Origin: an uncultured Chloroflexia bacterium
GTDB lineage: Bacteria > Chloroflexota > Anaerolineae > CG2-30-64-16
Direction of reading: 5' to 3'
DNA length: 64,000 nt
Assembly: GCA_963774265.1 (NCBI GenBank)
Contig: CAVZDU010000001.1
Location: 992,001-1,056,000 of the forward strand
Of this stretch, positions 42,542 through 52,859 are shown piece by piece. The stretch's first letter is position 1. Every line of letters begins with the position of its first letter. A program made the position numbers and the translations under genes. The notes under the pieces were generated by a model that was not told where the DNA came from, made no database searches, and saw only the letters and a program-made list of their open reading frames with translations.

Positions 42542-43489
42542 TCAGCTGAACCGGATGCGCGGATCGAGCACGGTATAGATCACATCGACGAACAGGTTGA
42601 CAGCGACGACGAGCACGGCGATCACGAGCACGACGCCTTGCACGACGGGGTAATCCCGGGCGAAAATGCTGTCGACGACCAGCAATCCCACGCCCGGCCA
42701 GGCAAACACCGTCTCCACCACCACGGTGCCGCCGATGAGAAAGCCGAGTTGCAGGCCGACCATGGTGACGGTGGGGATGAGTGCGTTGCGCAGCGCATGG
42801 GTCAGCAGCACGGTGCGCTCCCGCAGGCCCTTACCGCGGGCCGTACGCACATAGTCCTTGCCGAGTTCCTCCAGCAGGCTGGAACGGGCCAGGCGCGTCG
42901 TGGTTCCGGCCAGCGACCAGCCTAGCGTGATGGCCGGCAAGATCAAATGACGGAGGGAACCTAGGAAGTCTTCCGCAGGCGAGATATAGCCGATCGACGG
43001 CAGCCAGCCGAGCCACACGGCGAAGACGAGCACGAAAAGGATGCCGGACCAGAAAGCGGGAAGCGAGATGCCAACAATCGCGAAGACCATGGCGCTGACG
43101 TCGGCCCATGAGTTGCGGCGGACGGCAGCGACGATGCCGAGCGGAATGGCGATCAGCAAGGAAAGAATGAGCGCCGCGAACGAAAGGAAGAGAGTGGCCG
43201 GAAGACGCTGACCTATGAGCTGGAGAACGGGGATGCCGGCGCGATAGGAGTTGCCCAGGTCTCCGCGCACTGCCCGCCACAGCCACTTGCCGTACTGGAC
43301 CACGATGGGTTGGTCGAGCCCGAGTTCTTGACTCAAAGCGGCACGCCGAATCTCGTCCATCCCCTCGCTCCCATACATCACGTCGATGGGATCGCCCGGA
43401 ACCATCCGGATCAGCCCGAAGACAATCACGGACATCAGGAGAAGGATGGGCAGGAGTGTGAAGGCCCGGCGAGCCAGATAGGCGAACAT
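42542..43489 (-). CDS. Peptide/nickel ABC transporter permease (DppB-like)
   Basis: PGDP, LGLDQP, DYVRTARGKG, HALRNAL and RDYPVVQG. Confidence 0.92.
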   Translation of the reverse strand: MFAYLARRAFTLLPILLLMSVIVFGLIRMVPGDPIDVMYGSEGMDEIRRAALSQELGLDQPIVVQYGKWLWRAVRGDLGNSYRAGIPVLQLIGQRLPATLFLSFAALILSLLIAIPLGIVAAVRRNSWADVSAMVFAIVGISLPAFWSGILFVLVFAVWLGWLPSIGYISPAEDFLGSLRHLILPAITLGWSLAGTTTRLARSSLLEELGKDYVRTARGKGLRERTVLLTHALRNALIPTVTMVGLQLGFLIGGTVVVETVFAWPGVGLLVVDSIFARDYPVVQGVVLVIAVLVVAVNLFVDVIYTVLDPRIRFS

Positions 43490-43609
43490 GGCAGTGTCTC
43501 TCACGTCGCAGGATGGAGATATTGCAGGCCAGTCGTCAGTCGAATGGTGTTATTATAGCCCCTTTGGGCGTCGAAACGCAAAGACGATGCAGGGGCCAAC
43601 CCGTGTGAG

Positions 43610-44360
43610 CTATGAGCTGACCCTGATGGTCGGATAGGGAAGGGTTAGCTCGGCCAAACGGTCAGGGCCCAGATCGAGCGCGGCATCGTGAATGTCGCGT
43701 GCGGCCGTAGCCAGTTCAAGCACGTGCACCCCCTGGCACACCTCAGGCAGGCCGCGTAAGCGCGGCAGGCCGCGGCGGAACAACTTGATCGCGCCAGGGT
43801 AGTTGTTGTTCTTCAGATGGCGGAACGCCACGCCTACCTGGAGGATGCCCTGGTAGAGGTCGCGCACCTCGCGCGTCTCGGCCATCCACAGCGCCTCCAA
43901 GGTTTCGTGACACTCCCAATACTCGCCCCGGTTGAACTGCTCGATTCCGTGCAGCAGCCCTGGGGATAGCGGCTCATTCCACCCCGGCACGAAGCGCGTC
44001 GGTGGATTCAACGTGTCCTTGAGCAGGCGCGGGAGCTCGTCCACGAAGCGCGAACGCGCCCGAAACGTGATCGCAGCCGGCCTTACGCGCCGCAGTCAGC
44101 GTCGCGGTGTCCACGTGCGGACCATAGGCGACGATCGGGATGGTGCGCGTCTGGGGGAGGGCTTTGGCCCGCCGGACGGGTTCTTCCCAGCCGGGTGCGG
44201 TAAGATCGATGAGGACCAGCTCTGGCCAGCGTTCGAAGGCATCCCACAACGCGGAGCCTGAATCAACGAGGTGAGGACGTGCCCCGGCCGCGCTGATCGC
44301 TGACTCGATGCGCGTGGCGAAAGGGAGATCGACGACTAACGCCGCGACCGTTGGCGTCAT
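43610..44360 (-). CDS. Receiver-like domain fused to DUF309 domain (frameshift near 44065)
   Basis: PELVLIDL...VAYGPHVD, then FNRGEYWECHETLEALW...YQGILQ (DUF309). Confidence 0.7.
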
Positions 44361-45019
44361 TCGCCCGTCTTCCGGCGAATCCGATACGCGCACATGCGAT
44401 CTCCCCCCAGCATGTGGTGTTCGCGCGTCACCTCGGCATCGGCCAGCACAGCTTGAAGGAAAGTGAGCTCGGACCCGCAGGCGGCGCGGAACTCCTGCGC
44501 CACATCCTGCACGGCGCAGTTGTGTTCGCTCAACTCGAAGGTGTTCGCGTCGATCTGCTCCCACTCTGCCAGGTATCCCTCTTCGTGCAGGATATCGGCA
44601 AGGCCTGCCACGCGGTCGGCTAACTCCTTGCCGTCCAACCGAGTTCGCGCCTGGCGGATGCGACGTTGCGCGCGCAGATCGAAAAGCTGGATCACCTGTT
44701 GGTCGTCTTCGGCTGCCAGATAGCCCAGCAATTCGTTTGCCAGGGCCGCGTAGTTCTTTGGGAAGAGGTTTTTTGCCTCGTCGCTGAGCCGGTAGACGTA
44801 CGATGGCCGGCCCTTGCCGCGTTGAACCAGCTCATAACGGACCAGGCGGTCGCGTTCGAGCATGGTCAAGTGGCGGCGCACGCCCATGCTGGTGATCTCC
44901 AGCATATCGGCCAGCTCGGATGCAGTCAGCCCTCCGCGCTGTTTCAACGCCAGTATGATTTTTCGCCGGGTAGGCTGGAGCTGATCGCTTACGGTCTGGT
45001 TCAGCTCGTTTTCGGCCAT
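44357..45019 (-). CDS. SufR-like winged-HTH transcriptional regulator
   Basis: TRRKII...VRRHLTMLE...GRPSYVY; EHNC, C..EL and C-terminal C (three Fe-S-type cysteines). Confidence 0.8.
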   Translation of the reverse strand: MAENELNQTVSDQLQPTRRKIILALKQRGGLTASELADMLEITSMGVRRHLTMLERDRLVRYELVQRGKGRPSYVYRLSDEAKNLFPKNYAALANELLGYLAAEDDQQVIQLFDLRAQRRIRQARTRLDGKELADRVAGLADILHEEGYLAEWEQIDANTFELSEHNCAVQDVAQEFRAACGSELTFLQAVLADAEVTREHHMLGGDRMCAYRIRRKTGE

Positions 45020-45193
45020 GTGCATCTCCAAGTGAATACTCAGCTAAGCGTCATCGTACCAGAAAGGCGCCTTGAATGCAACTTGTGCGCCTTTATAAGT
45101 TATATTGTTGATAATAAACGGTTTGACGGACTACCCGTCGCGGGGTACACTTAGAGGCCCATCGGTCTTCTGTTCACAGTTCAAGGAAGGCGC

Positions 45194-45883
45194 ATGAGCA
45201 CCAGCAATGGCGAAATAATCGCCTTGATCCCGGCCTATAATGAAGCGCGCTATATCAGCGATGTGGTCGCACGGACTCTGAAGCACATCCCTGCGGTGGT
45301 TGTGGATGATGGTTCATCCGACGGCACGGGCGCCGCGGCCGCGCTTGCAGGCGCTAAGGTCCTTGCTCACGGAAAGAATCAAGGCAAGGGCAAGGCGCTG
45401 CTCACCGGTTTCGACTACGCGGTCAACCGCGGCGTCGATGCTGCGATCACCCTAGACGCAGACGGCCAGCACGACCCGGATGAGATCCCCCTCTTCATCG
45501 AGGCGTTTCAGGCGGGCAAGGGCGACATCATCATCGGGCAGCGGCAATACAGCCAGATGCCCACCAAGAGCCGCTTCGGCAACCGGTTCGGCTCGTTCCT
45601 GCTCAGGTTCGCCATGGGGCGGCCGATTCCCGACAATCAGAGCGGGTATCGGCTGTTTAGCCGGAGGGCAATGCAGGAGGTTAGGCCGACGAGCACGCGT
45701 TTCGAGGCAGAGGTGGAGATGCTGCTGCGCGCAGACTTCGCAGGCCTCACGGTAGGCTGGGTCCCGATCCAGACCATCTACAACGACAAGAAGAGCCATT
45801 TCCGGCCGTTGCAGGATAGCGCCTTGTTTATCAAGATGGCATGGCGGATCTGGCGTGCGCGGGTGCGGGGGAGCTTCTACTGA
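45194..45883 (+). CDS. Glycosyltransferase family 2
   Basis: IPAYNE, VDDGSSD, DADGQH and DNQSGYR. Confidence 0.9.
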   Translation: MSTSNGEIIALIPAYNEARYISDVVARTLKHIPAVVVDDGSSDGTGAAAALAGAKVLAHGKNQGKGKALLTGFDYAVNRGVDAAITLDADGQHDPDEIPLFIEAFQAGKGDIIIGQRQYSQMPTKSRFGNRFGSFLLRFAMGRPIPDNQSGYRLFSRRAMQEVRPTSTRFEAEVEMLLRADFAGLTVGWVPIQTIYNDKKSHFRPLQDSALFIKMAWRIWRARVRGSFY

Positions 45884-46179
45884 TGACCAGGCTGCTCGGG
45901 ATCCTCATCCTGACCGCCGGCGTGGTCTTGCCGATGGCAATGGTCGGTTGGCTGGCGTTTCGCATGAACAGGAAGCCGCCTCTGGCATCGGGCAAGGCGG
46001 GTTTGATCCTTGCTTTCAACGGGGTCCTGCCCGTTGGCCTGGTGCTGCTGGGCCTGGGGCTGATGGCGCCGGCCTTCTGGACACTGACCTGGGTGCGCGC
46101 GGCCGCTTACGCTGCGCTGGGAGCCGCGGGGTTGATCCTGCTCGTGTTGATCTTCCCTGTGGGGAAGCGGAGCTCCTGA
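45883..46179 (+). CDS. Small hypothetical membrane protein
   Basis: Three hydrophobic segments; TGATG translational coupling with the upstream gene. Confidence 0.6.
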   Translation: MTRLLGILILTAGVVLPMAMVGWLAFRMNRKPPLASGKAGLILAFNGVLPVGLVLLGLGLMAPAFWTLTWVRAAAYAALGAAGLILLVLIFPVGKRSS

Positions 46180-46713
46180 ATGGGTGAGGAATTAGCTGGT
46201 TGCGTGTTTGAAGTCGTGGGCTGGGGATGGGTCAGCCTGGTGGCATCGGAGCGCGGGGTGCGCTGCCTGATCCTGCCGCGTAAGACGCGAGAAGAGGCAT
46301 TGGCGGCGCTTCGCGAGCACTCCCCGGAAACACCCCTGGTCGAGCATCATCCTCTGTTGGACGAAGCGCAACGGCAGGTGATGGCCTACCTCGCAGGGGA
46401 GCTGCGCGAGTTCACCGTACCGGTTGACCTGCGGGGTCACACGTCGTTTGCGCTCTCGGTCTGGTCCGTTTCGACGAAGATCGGGTATGGCGAAACGCGC
46501 GCCTATCGCTGGATCGCTGAACAGATAAGGGGAGGCGGCGCGGGCATTTACCAGGCTGTCGGCTCCGCGCTGGGGGCCAACCCCGTGCCGCTCATCATCC
46601 CATGCCACCGGGTGGTTGGGTCAGACGGGTCGCTCCACGGCTACGCGGGCGGGCTGGACATGAAGGCGCGGCTGTTGGCGCTGGAGAGCGGGCAGGGGTT
46701 CCTGGCGATCTGA
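46180..46713 (+). CDS. ogt: Methylated-DNA--protein-cysteine methyltransferase
   Basis: NPVPLIIPCHRVV and GYAGG. Confidence 0.92.
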   Translation: MGEELAGCVFEVVGWGWVSLVASERGVRCLILPRKTREEALAALREHSPETPLVEHHPLLDEAQRQVMAYLAGELREFTVPVDLRGHTSFALSVWSVSTKIGYGETRAYRWIAEQIRGGGAGIYQAVGSALGANPVPLIIPCHRVVGSDGSLHGYAGGLDMKARLLALESGQGFLAI

Positions 46714-46714
46714 C

Positions 46715-47620
46715 ATGCGGATTGCAGTCCTCGGCGATATTCACGGGAATCTTTACGGACTCCAGGCGGTGCTCGCCGACCTGCGCGGTGAGCGACCTGA
46801 CGCGCTGATCGTCTCCGGTGATCTGATCTACAAGTTTCCCTGGAGTGCGGAGGTTGTCGATCTGCTGGCCGGCCTGCCGTGCCAGTGTATCCTGGGCAAT
46901 GCCGAGCTCTACGTACTGCTGTGGGACACCGAGTTGTGGCCGGTGCACTGGCAGGAGCCCCTGATGATCGAACTGGTGCGATGGGAACGCGAGCGGCTGG
47001 GGGCGGCGCGCCTGCGCTGGCTGTCCGCACTGCCAGAATACGTCGCACTGAGCGCGGGCCGGGTGGAGGACGTGATGATCGTCCATGGTGTGCCCGGCAA
47101 CCCGTTCCTGCCGTTCCTGGCGCGGCCCGGCGACGACCGGTCACCGTGGGTGCAGACCGACGAACGCGTGCGGGGTTTGCTCGGCAGCACGGATGCCGAC
47201 ATCATTGTGTGTGGACACACGCACTCGGTGATGCAGCGGCGGGTCCGGCGTGCTGACGGCGGCGAGACCCTGATTGTCAGCCCGGGCACGGTCAGCTATG
47301 GCAGGGGCCGCGAGAAAGAGACCGGCCGCGCGGACTATGCCTTGCTCGACTGGGGCCAGGCCCCCGGGTGGCAGGTGACCGTCCGCTCAGTCTACTACGA
47401 CATACCGCCCCTCCATCAGGGCCTGCTCTCCCTGCTTGGCGATTTCCCGGTGGCCGGGGCCATGGCGAACCGGCTGCGCCCGCAGGGCGTCGATCCCACA
47501 CCTGACCGCAGCCCCGATTTCATACGCTGGCGCTGGGGCGACGCACCCGACTGGTGGGAGCGTCGCGACGAGCTGCCGGCATGGCATGCATTGCGCGGGG
47601 AACATGACTCGCAAGAATGA
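46715..47620 (+). CDS. Calcineurin-like metallophosphoesterase
   Basis: GDIHGN, GDL, GNAE, VHG and GHTH. Confidence 0.85.
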   Translation: MRIAVLGDIHGNLYGLQAVLADLRGERPDALIVSGDLIYKFPWSAEVVDLLAGLPCQCILGNAELYVLLWDTELWPVHWQEPLMIELVRWERERLGAARLRWLSALPEYVALSAGRVEDVMIVHGVPGNPFLPFLARPGDDRSPWVQTDERVRGLLGSTDADIIVCGHTHSVMQRRVRRADGGETLIVSPGTVSYGRGREKETGRADYALLDWGQAPGWQVTVRSVYYDIPPLHQGLLSLLGDFPVAGAMANRLRPQGVDPTPDRSPDFIRWRWGDAPDWWERRDELPAWHALRGEHDSQE

Positions 47621-47740
47621 ACCGGTATATCCTGCGCCGGCTGGTGGCCATTCCCGCAGGAAGGCTGACTATATGCGATTGGAGAGTGGTAGAATCCACT
47701 CCTGATTCGTTCAGTTGGGTGCAAAAGCGGAGGGAAAACC

Positions 47741-48256
47741 ATGAGCGATTTGCGGATTGTGGCGGAACTGATGGCTGTGGCGGCGCGGACCGCGCCCAAG
47801 ACGAAGGGCGAGGATTGCGTGGTCATCAAGATCATCGATGGTGCGGATCTGCAGACCCTGGCCCAGCAGATGCTCCTTTTCGGCCAGCGCACCGGCAAGA
47901 GGAACTTCGACCGGGACGGCAAGAATGTCGCGGCCTCGGACTCGGTGCTACTGGTGGGCATCAAGGATGGGCCGGTGGCCGGGCTAAATTGCGGCGCATG
48001 TGGCGTCGAAATTTGCGAGCTGTTGCCCGTTAATTCAGTAGAGGGCGAGTTCAGGGGGCCAAATTGCGCGTATCGGCTGCTGGACATGGGCATCGCCCTC
48101 GGCTCGGCAGCGAAGACGGCCGGGCTGCTCAACGCGGACAGCCGCATCATGTACCGGGTCGGAGCGGTGGCGCGCGAGATAGGATTCATCGATGCGGACT
48201 TCGTGATGGGCATCCCAATCTCGGCCACCGGCAAGAGTATCTATTTCGACCGGTAG
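47741..48256 (+). CDS. DUF2148 ferredoxin-domain protein
   Basis: AARTAPK, NCGACGxxxC, DMGIALGSA and DSRIMY. Confidence 0.8.
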   Translation: MSDLRIVAELMAVAARTAPKTKGEDCVVIKIIDGADLQTLAQQMLLFGQRTGKRNFDRDGKNVAASDSVLLVGIKDGPVAGLNCGACGVEICELLPVNSVEGEFRGPNCAYRLLDMGIALGSAAKTAGLLNADSRIMYRVGAVAREIGFIDADFVMGIPISATGKSIYFDR

Positions 48257-48282
48257 GCCGTTTGTACCTTATGCAAAGTGTG

Positions 48283-48291
48283 TGCTAGAAT
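48283..48291 (+). promoter_or_regulatory. Extended -10 promoter for xerD
   Basis: TGCTAGAAT with TTGTAC upstream. Confidence 0.5.
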
Positions 48292-48353
48292 GCCCGCCGC
48301 AACCGATTCACGCGATCGCCCGCCATCATGTGTCGTAGGGGAGACCTCGTCTT

Positions 48354-49260
48354 ATGGATGCCAACATCCAGGAATTCCTCAACCATCTCGAGACCGAGAA
48401 GGGCAGCTCAAACAACACGGTAGCCGCCTATCGGAATGACTTGACGCAGTTCTTTGACTTCGTGTCGGAGGACGGACGTCTGCACGACGGCGCCTGGGAA
48501 GAGCTGCGCCGCGACGACCTCATCAATTACATCCTGTGGCTCAAGGAGCGCGAATACGCTTCCGCCACGGTTGCGCGCAAGGTTGCAGCCATGAAGTCGT
48601 TCTGCGGCTTTCTGGTCCGCTCGGGTGCGGTCGAGGATAACCCTGCGGAGGAGCTGGACTCGCCCAAGGTGAAGAAGCAACTGCCGACGACGCTTACTCC
48701 CAACGAGGTGGAGAAACTCCTGGCCATGCCGGCGCAGGGGGCGAATACACCTAAGGCCCTGCGCGACACTGCGCTTCTGGAGATGCTTTACGCCACCGGG
48801 ATGCGGGTGAGCGAGGTGGCCGGGCTGACTCTGGATGACCTGGATTTGCGTGCTGGCACGGTGCGCTGCGTGGGCAAGGGCGACAAGGAGCGGGTGATGC
48901 CCCTCTACGCTGAGGCCTGCCGTGCAGTTGGCGAATACCTGGAAAAGGGGCGGCCCGCGCTGGCCGGACACGGCACCGATGATGCGGACCCTGTTCCTCA
49001 ATCCGCGGGGTGAGAAGTTGACGCGGCAGGGGCTGTGGTTGATCATCAAGGCGTATGCGCGGCAGCTTGGGCTGGAAGATCGGGTGACTCCCCACACCCT
49101 GCGTCACTCTTTCGCCACGCACATGCTGAACGGTGGCGCCGGGCTGCGCGAAGTGCAAAGACTGCTGGGCCACGCAAACATCTCCACCACCCAGGTTTAC
49201 ACCCACGTCACGCGTGAGCGGCTGCGCGAGGTGTATGACGGCGCACACCCGCGTGCATAA
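48354..49260 (+). CDS. xerD: Site-specific tyrosine recombinase XerD (frameshift near 48975)
   Basis: [35 protein letters not shown] and [13 protein letters not shown]. Confidence 0.88.
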
Positions 49261-49263
49261 TAA

Positions 49264-49288
49264 ACCAGGTTTCCCGCGGAAACCTGGT
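49264..49288. repeat. ACCAGGTTTCC hairpin (REP-like or terminator)
   Basis: 11-bp perfect stem with 3-nt loop, just after the xerD stop. Confidence 0.55.
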
Positions 49289-49312
49289 CTGTGTCCAATG
49301 GATGGGGAGCTT

Positions 49313-50165
49313 ATGGATCACGAAGTCTTCACCGCGCGAGCAGTACCTGCAGATTGCTGATTACCTGCGCACACAAACGGCGCACAGGCCCACTGTCGGG
49401 TTGATCCTGGGCTCAGGGCTTAACGCGCTGGCCGACGAGATGGCCGAAGCGGATCGCATCCCTTATGCCGATATCCCTGGCTTCGTCGCGACCACCGTAC
49501 AGGGCCACTCGGGCCGGCTCGTTTTCGGGAACCTTGCGGGGCACGAAGTAGTCATGATGCAGGGGCGCGTGCACGCATACGAGGGGCTCTCGATGCAGCG
49601 CGTCACGCTGCCAGTACGCGTCATGGCCCAGCTCGGGGTGCGCACGCTGATCGTCACCAACGCAGCCGGCGGGGTGAATCCGGCGTTCAAAGCGGGTGAT
49701 CTGATGCTCATCACCGATCATATTGGCCTGATGATCATGGTCGGCGGGAATCCGCTTTGGGGGCCGAACGACGACTCGCTCGGGCCGCGCTTTTTGGCCA
49801 TGAACAACGCGTATGACAGGCAATTGCGCAAGCTGGCGCTGGCCGTCGCGGCCGAACACGGTATTGCCCTCCAGCAAGGCGTATACGCCGGATTAGGCGG
49901 GCCGACATTCGAGACGCCTGCGGAGATCCGTTTCTTAGGGATGATCGGCGCTGACGCGTGCGGCATGTCGACCGTGCCGGAGGTGATCGTCGCGCGGCAT
50001 ATGGGTTTGAAGGTGTTGGGCTTCAGCGGAATCAGCAACGCGACGATTTCGGATTCTGATTCCGAAGAAGAGGCCAATCACGAAGAGGTCCTTGCGGCAG
50101 GCCGGGAAATGACGCCGAAGCTGATGACCCTGATCCGCGGAGTATTGGAGAGGTTGCCGAATTAG
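49313..50165 (+). CDS. punA: Purine-nucleoside phosphorylase (trimeric type); 5' frameshift likely
   Basis: ILGSGL, GHSG, QGRVHAYEG, TNAAGG, GPTFETPAE and GMSTVPE. Confidence 0.9.
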
Positions 50166-50173
50166 CGGCAGAC

Positions 50174-50917
50174 ATGGCCGTTGTCATTGATCTGATACGG
50201 GAGTTTTCCCCCTGGATTTACGGTGCGTGCGCGGTCGCTGCGCTATGGTATCTGCGCGTGGTGCTTCTGGCGCGCAGCGAACGGCGATATGCCGTCTTCG
50301 CTCTGGAGCGCGAGCAGGCATTTAACCGGGTGTACGGCGCGTGGGGCGCGGCCATCACCATCGCCATCATCATGGGTGCGATCTATCTGCTCAGCACGGT
50401 CGTGTTCAAGGCCGTTGAGCCGCAACTGATTGCGGATCAATCGACTCCTACACCGGTTATCGTGATGGCGGCCATTGGTACGCTCTCGGCGACGCCTACT
50501 CTGCCCGTACCTGATGTCACCCCGACGTTCACGGCCACCAAACGTCCCTTGCCGACCGCTCGTCCTTCGCCCACGCCCGGCACGGCCGCGCCTACGGAGC
50601 CGGCGGTACGGAGACCGCAGTGCCCAGCGGCCGGGGCCGTGATCACCCAGCCCGGCATCGGGCAGGCTTTCTCCGGTCCGGTGGCGATCATCGGCACAGC
50701 GACGCACGAAAACTTCGCTTACTATAAGCTGGAATACGGCGCAGGAGCCAACCCTGCGGTATGGTCATACTTTGACGGCGGCGAGGCGCCGGTGGTGAAT
50801 GGCCGGTTGGGTACGCTCAACGTCCTGCCACCGGGCACATACAGTATTCGGATCGTTGTGGTGGACGCAAGCGGTAACTTCCCGACGCCGTGTCAAACGA
50901 CGATCGATTTCCGATAA
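50174..50917 (+). CDS. Membrane protein with Pro/Thr linker and C-terminal Ig-like domain
   Basis: Two TMs, PT-rich linker, GTA...YYKLEY...PGTYSIRIVVVD. Confidence 0.65.
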   Translation: MAVVIDLIREFSPWIYGACAVAALWYLRVVLLARSERRYAVFALEREQAFNRVYGAWGAAITIAIIMGAIYLLSTVVFKAVEPQLIADQSTPTPVIVMAAIGTLSATPTLPVPDVTPTFTATKRPLPTARPSPTPGTAAPTEPAVRRPQCPAAGAVITQPGIGQAFSGPVAIIGTATHENFAYYKLEYGAGANPAVWSYFDGGEAPVVNGRLGTLNVLPPGTYSIRIVVVDASGNFPTPCQTTIDFR

Positions 50918-50927
50918 AGACAGGCTG

Positions 50928-51833
50928 ATGACACCTGATTTGAACCTGATGGAAACGGCCCGCCGCCTGGCGGGTCGTGCGCGTGATGGTTGGTTGCGCT
51001 TGACGGCGCCGGTAGTGGCGTGGCGCGAGCAGGCGGAAGGTGGTCGCGAAGAAGTCCATGTGGCCGACCTCCATGCGGTGGAGCCGGTGCGCCGATGGCG
51101 GGCTGCGGAGGCTCTGCGCCGCAATCCCCTGGGCAACCCGGAGGCGGTTGCCGCACTGGTGCAGGCCTTGACAGACGACGAGGAATTCGTCCGCTGGCAA
51201 GCTGTCGAAGCGCTGGCGGCTCAAGAGCCGGGACGGGTATTTGTTGCGCTGGAAAAAGCGCTGGCAGACGCGAATCCCCTCTGCCGCGCTGGGGCTGCTG
51301 ACGCGCTGGGCACGCTGGGCGGTGAGTCCGCGGTGGCTGCGCTGAAGAAGCGGATCAATGACCCGGCGCCTGCGGTGCGTGTGGCTGTTGCTGGGGCGCT
51401 CAGCCAGATTGCCGACCCGACGACGGCAGAGACGTTGCTGCCCTTGCTGGGTGACCCTCAACCTGAAGTGGTGCGCGCTGCCGCGCGTGCGTTGGGGCAA
51501 GTTGGCAACACCATCGCCGCCTGCCCGATGGCTGCCCTTCTGGTGCAGCCAGGACAGGATCTCCTGGTGCGCCGCGCGCTGGCCGCAGGGCTGGCGCACA
51601 TCCCGCACCCCGACGCGCAGGCGCCCCTGCTGCTGGCGCTGAGCGACGGTGATCCGCAGGTGCGCGCATACGCTGCCAAGGCGCTGGGCCAGGTTGGGAA
51701 CGAAGAGTCGCAGGGCGCGCTGCAGGCGCTGCTGGCGGACAAAAGCCGGCTGATCCGCGGGACGGTGAGTGACCGCGCGAAGCAGGCGCTCGAGCTGCTG
51801 GAGCGCCGTGGACGCCGGCAAAACCCATCGTGA
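50928..51833 (+). CDS. HEAT repeat protein
   Basis: Repeated LxDxxxxVRxxAAxALG. Confidence 0.85.
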   Translation: MTPDLNLMETARRLAGRARDGWLRLTAPVVAWREQAEGGREEVHVADLHAVEPVRRWRAAEALRRNPLGNPEAVAALVQALTDDEEFVRWQAVEALAAQEPGRVFVALEKALADANPLCRAGAADALGTLGGESAVAALKKRINDPAPAVRVAVAGALSQIADPTTAETLLPLLGDPQPEVVRAAARALGQVGNTIAACPMAALLVQPGQDLLVRRALAAGLAHIPHPDAQAPLLLALSDGDPQVRAYAAKALGQVGNEESQGALQALLADKSRLIRGTVSDRAKQALELLERRGRRQNPS

Positions 51834-51866
51834 AGATTTAAGTCGTCACATGTGTATGGAGCCAAC

Positions 51867-52815
51867 ATGACCACACCATCGCATTCCCCGACATTGTCTG
51901 TCGTGGCGCCGGTCTTCAATGAAGAAGCGATCCTGCATGAGTTGTACCGCCGCCTGCAGGCAGTGCTCGACGGCGCTGGCCTGTCATGGGAGCTGGTGCT
52001 GGTCAACGACGGCAGCCGCGACCGCTCGCCGGCAGATCATGCGCGAGCTGCACGACCAGGACCCGCGCGTGAAGGTGGTGGACTTCGCGCGCAACTTCGG
52101 GCATCAGATCGCCATCACCGCCGGCGCCGGATTACGCCCAGGGCGACGCCGTGGTCATCATCGACGCCGACCTGCAGGACCCGCCGGAGGTGATCCTCGA
52201 CCTGCTGGCCAAGTGGCGTGAGGGCTACGAGGTGGTCTATGCCGTGCGCGCCGAGCGCAAGGGCGAGACCTGGTTCAAGGAGTTCACGGCCAAGGCGTTC
52301 TACCGGATCATCTACCAGATCACCGACATCAACATCCCGATGGACACCGGCGATTTCCGGCTGATGGATCGCAAGGTGGTGGACGCGCTGAAGACGATGC
52401 GCGAGAAGCACCGCTTCATGCGCGGGATGTCGGTGTGGGTGGGTTTCCGGCAGACCGGGCGTCCAGTACGTGCGGGCCGAGCGCTATGCGGGCGAGACGA
52501 AGTATCCGCTGAAGAAGATGCTCAAGTTCGCCCTGGACGGCATCACTTCGTTCTCGTATTTGCCGCTGCAACTGGCGACCTACATCGGCTTCATTGCCGC
52601 CGGCCTGGCGGTCGCTGGGCATCATCGTCACGATCATCCTGCGCCTCTCCGGCAGCCAGGCGTTCTACGGCCAGGCCACGACCCTGGTCAGCGTGCTCTT
52701 CCTGGGCGGGGTGCAGTTGATCTGCCTGGGCATCATCGGCGAGTATCTGGGACGCATCTACGACGAGGTGAAGGGCCGGCCGCTCTACATCGTGCGCGAG
52801 GCGCTTGGGGTTTGA
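51867..52815 (+). CDS. Polyprenol-phosphate glycosyltransferase (GtrB/CsbB-like GT2), multiple frameshifts
   Basis: [34 protein letters not shown] and [15 protein letters not shown]. Confidence 0.85.
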
Positions 52816-52859
52816 CGAGAAGCGTGAGCGAGAGCGGTGGCGGTGCGATAGAGGCGTCG

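Noticed and set aside
48354-49260. Prophage or island integrase
   Set aside because: It is XerD-like, sits beside PNP in a housekeeping context, and has no att site, tRNA or phage genes.
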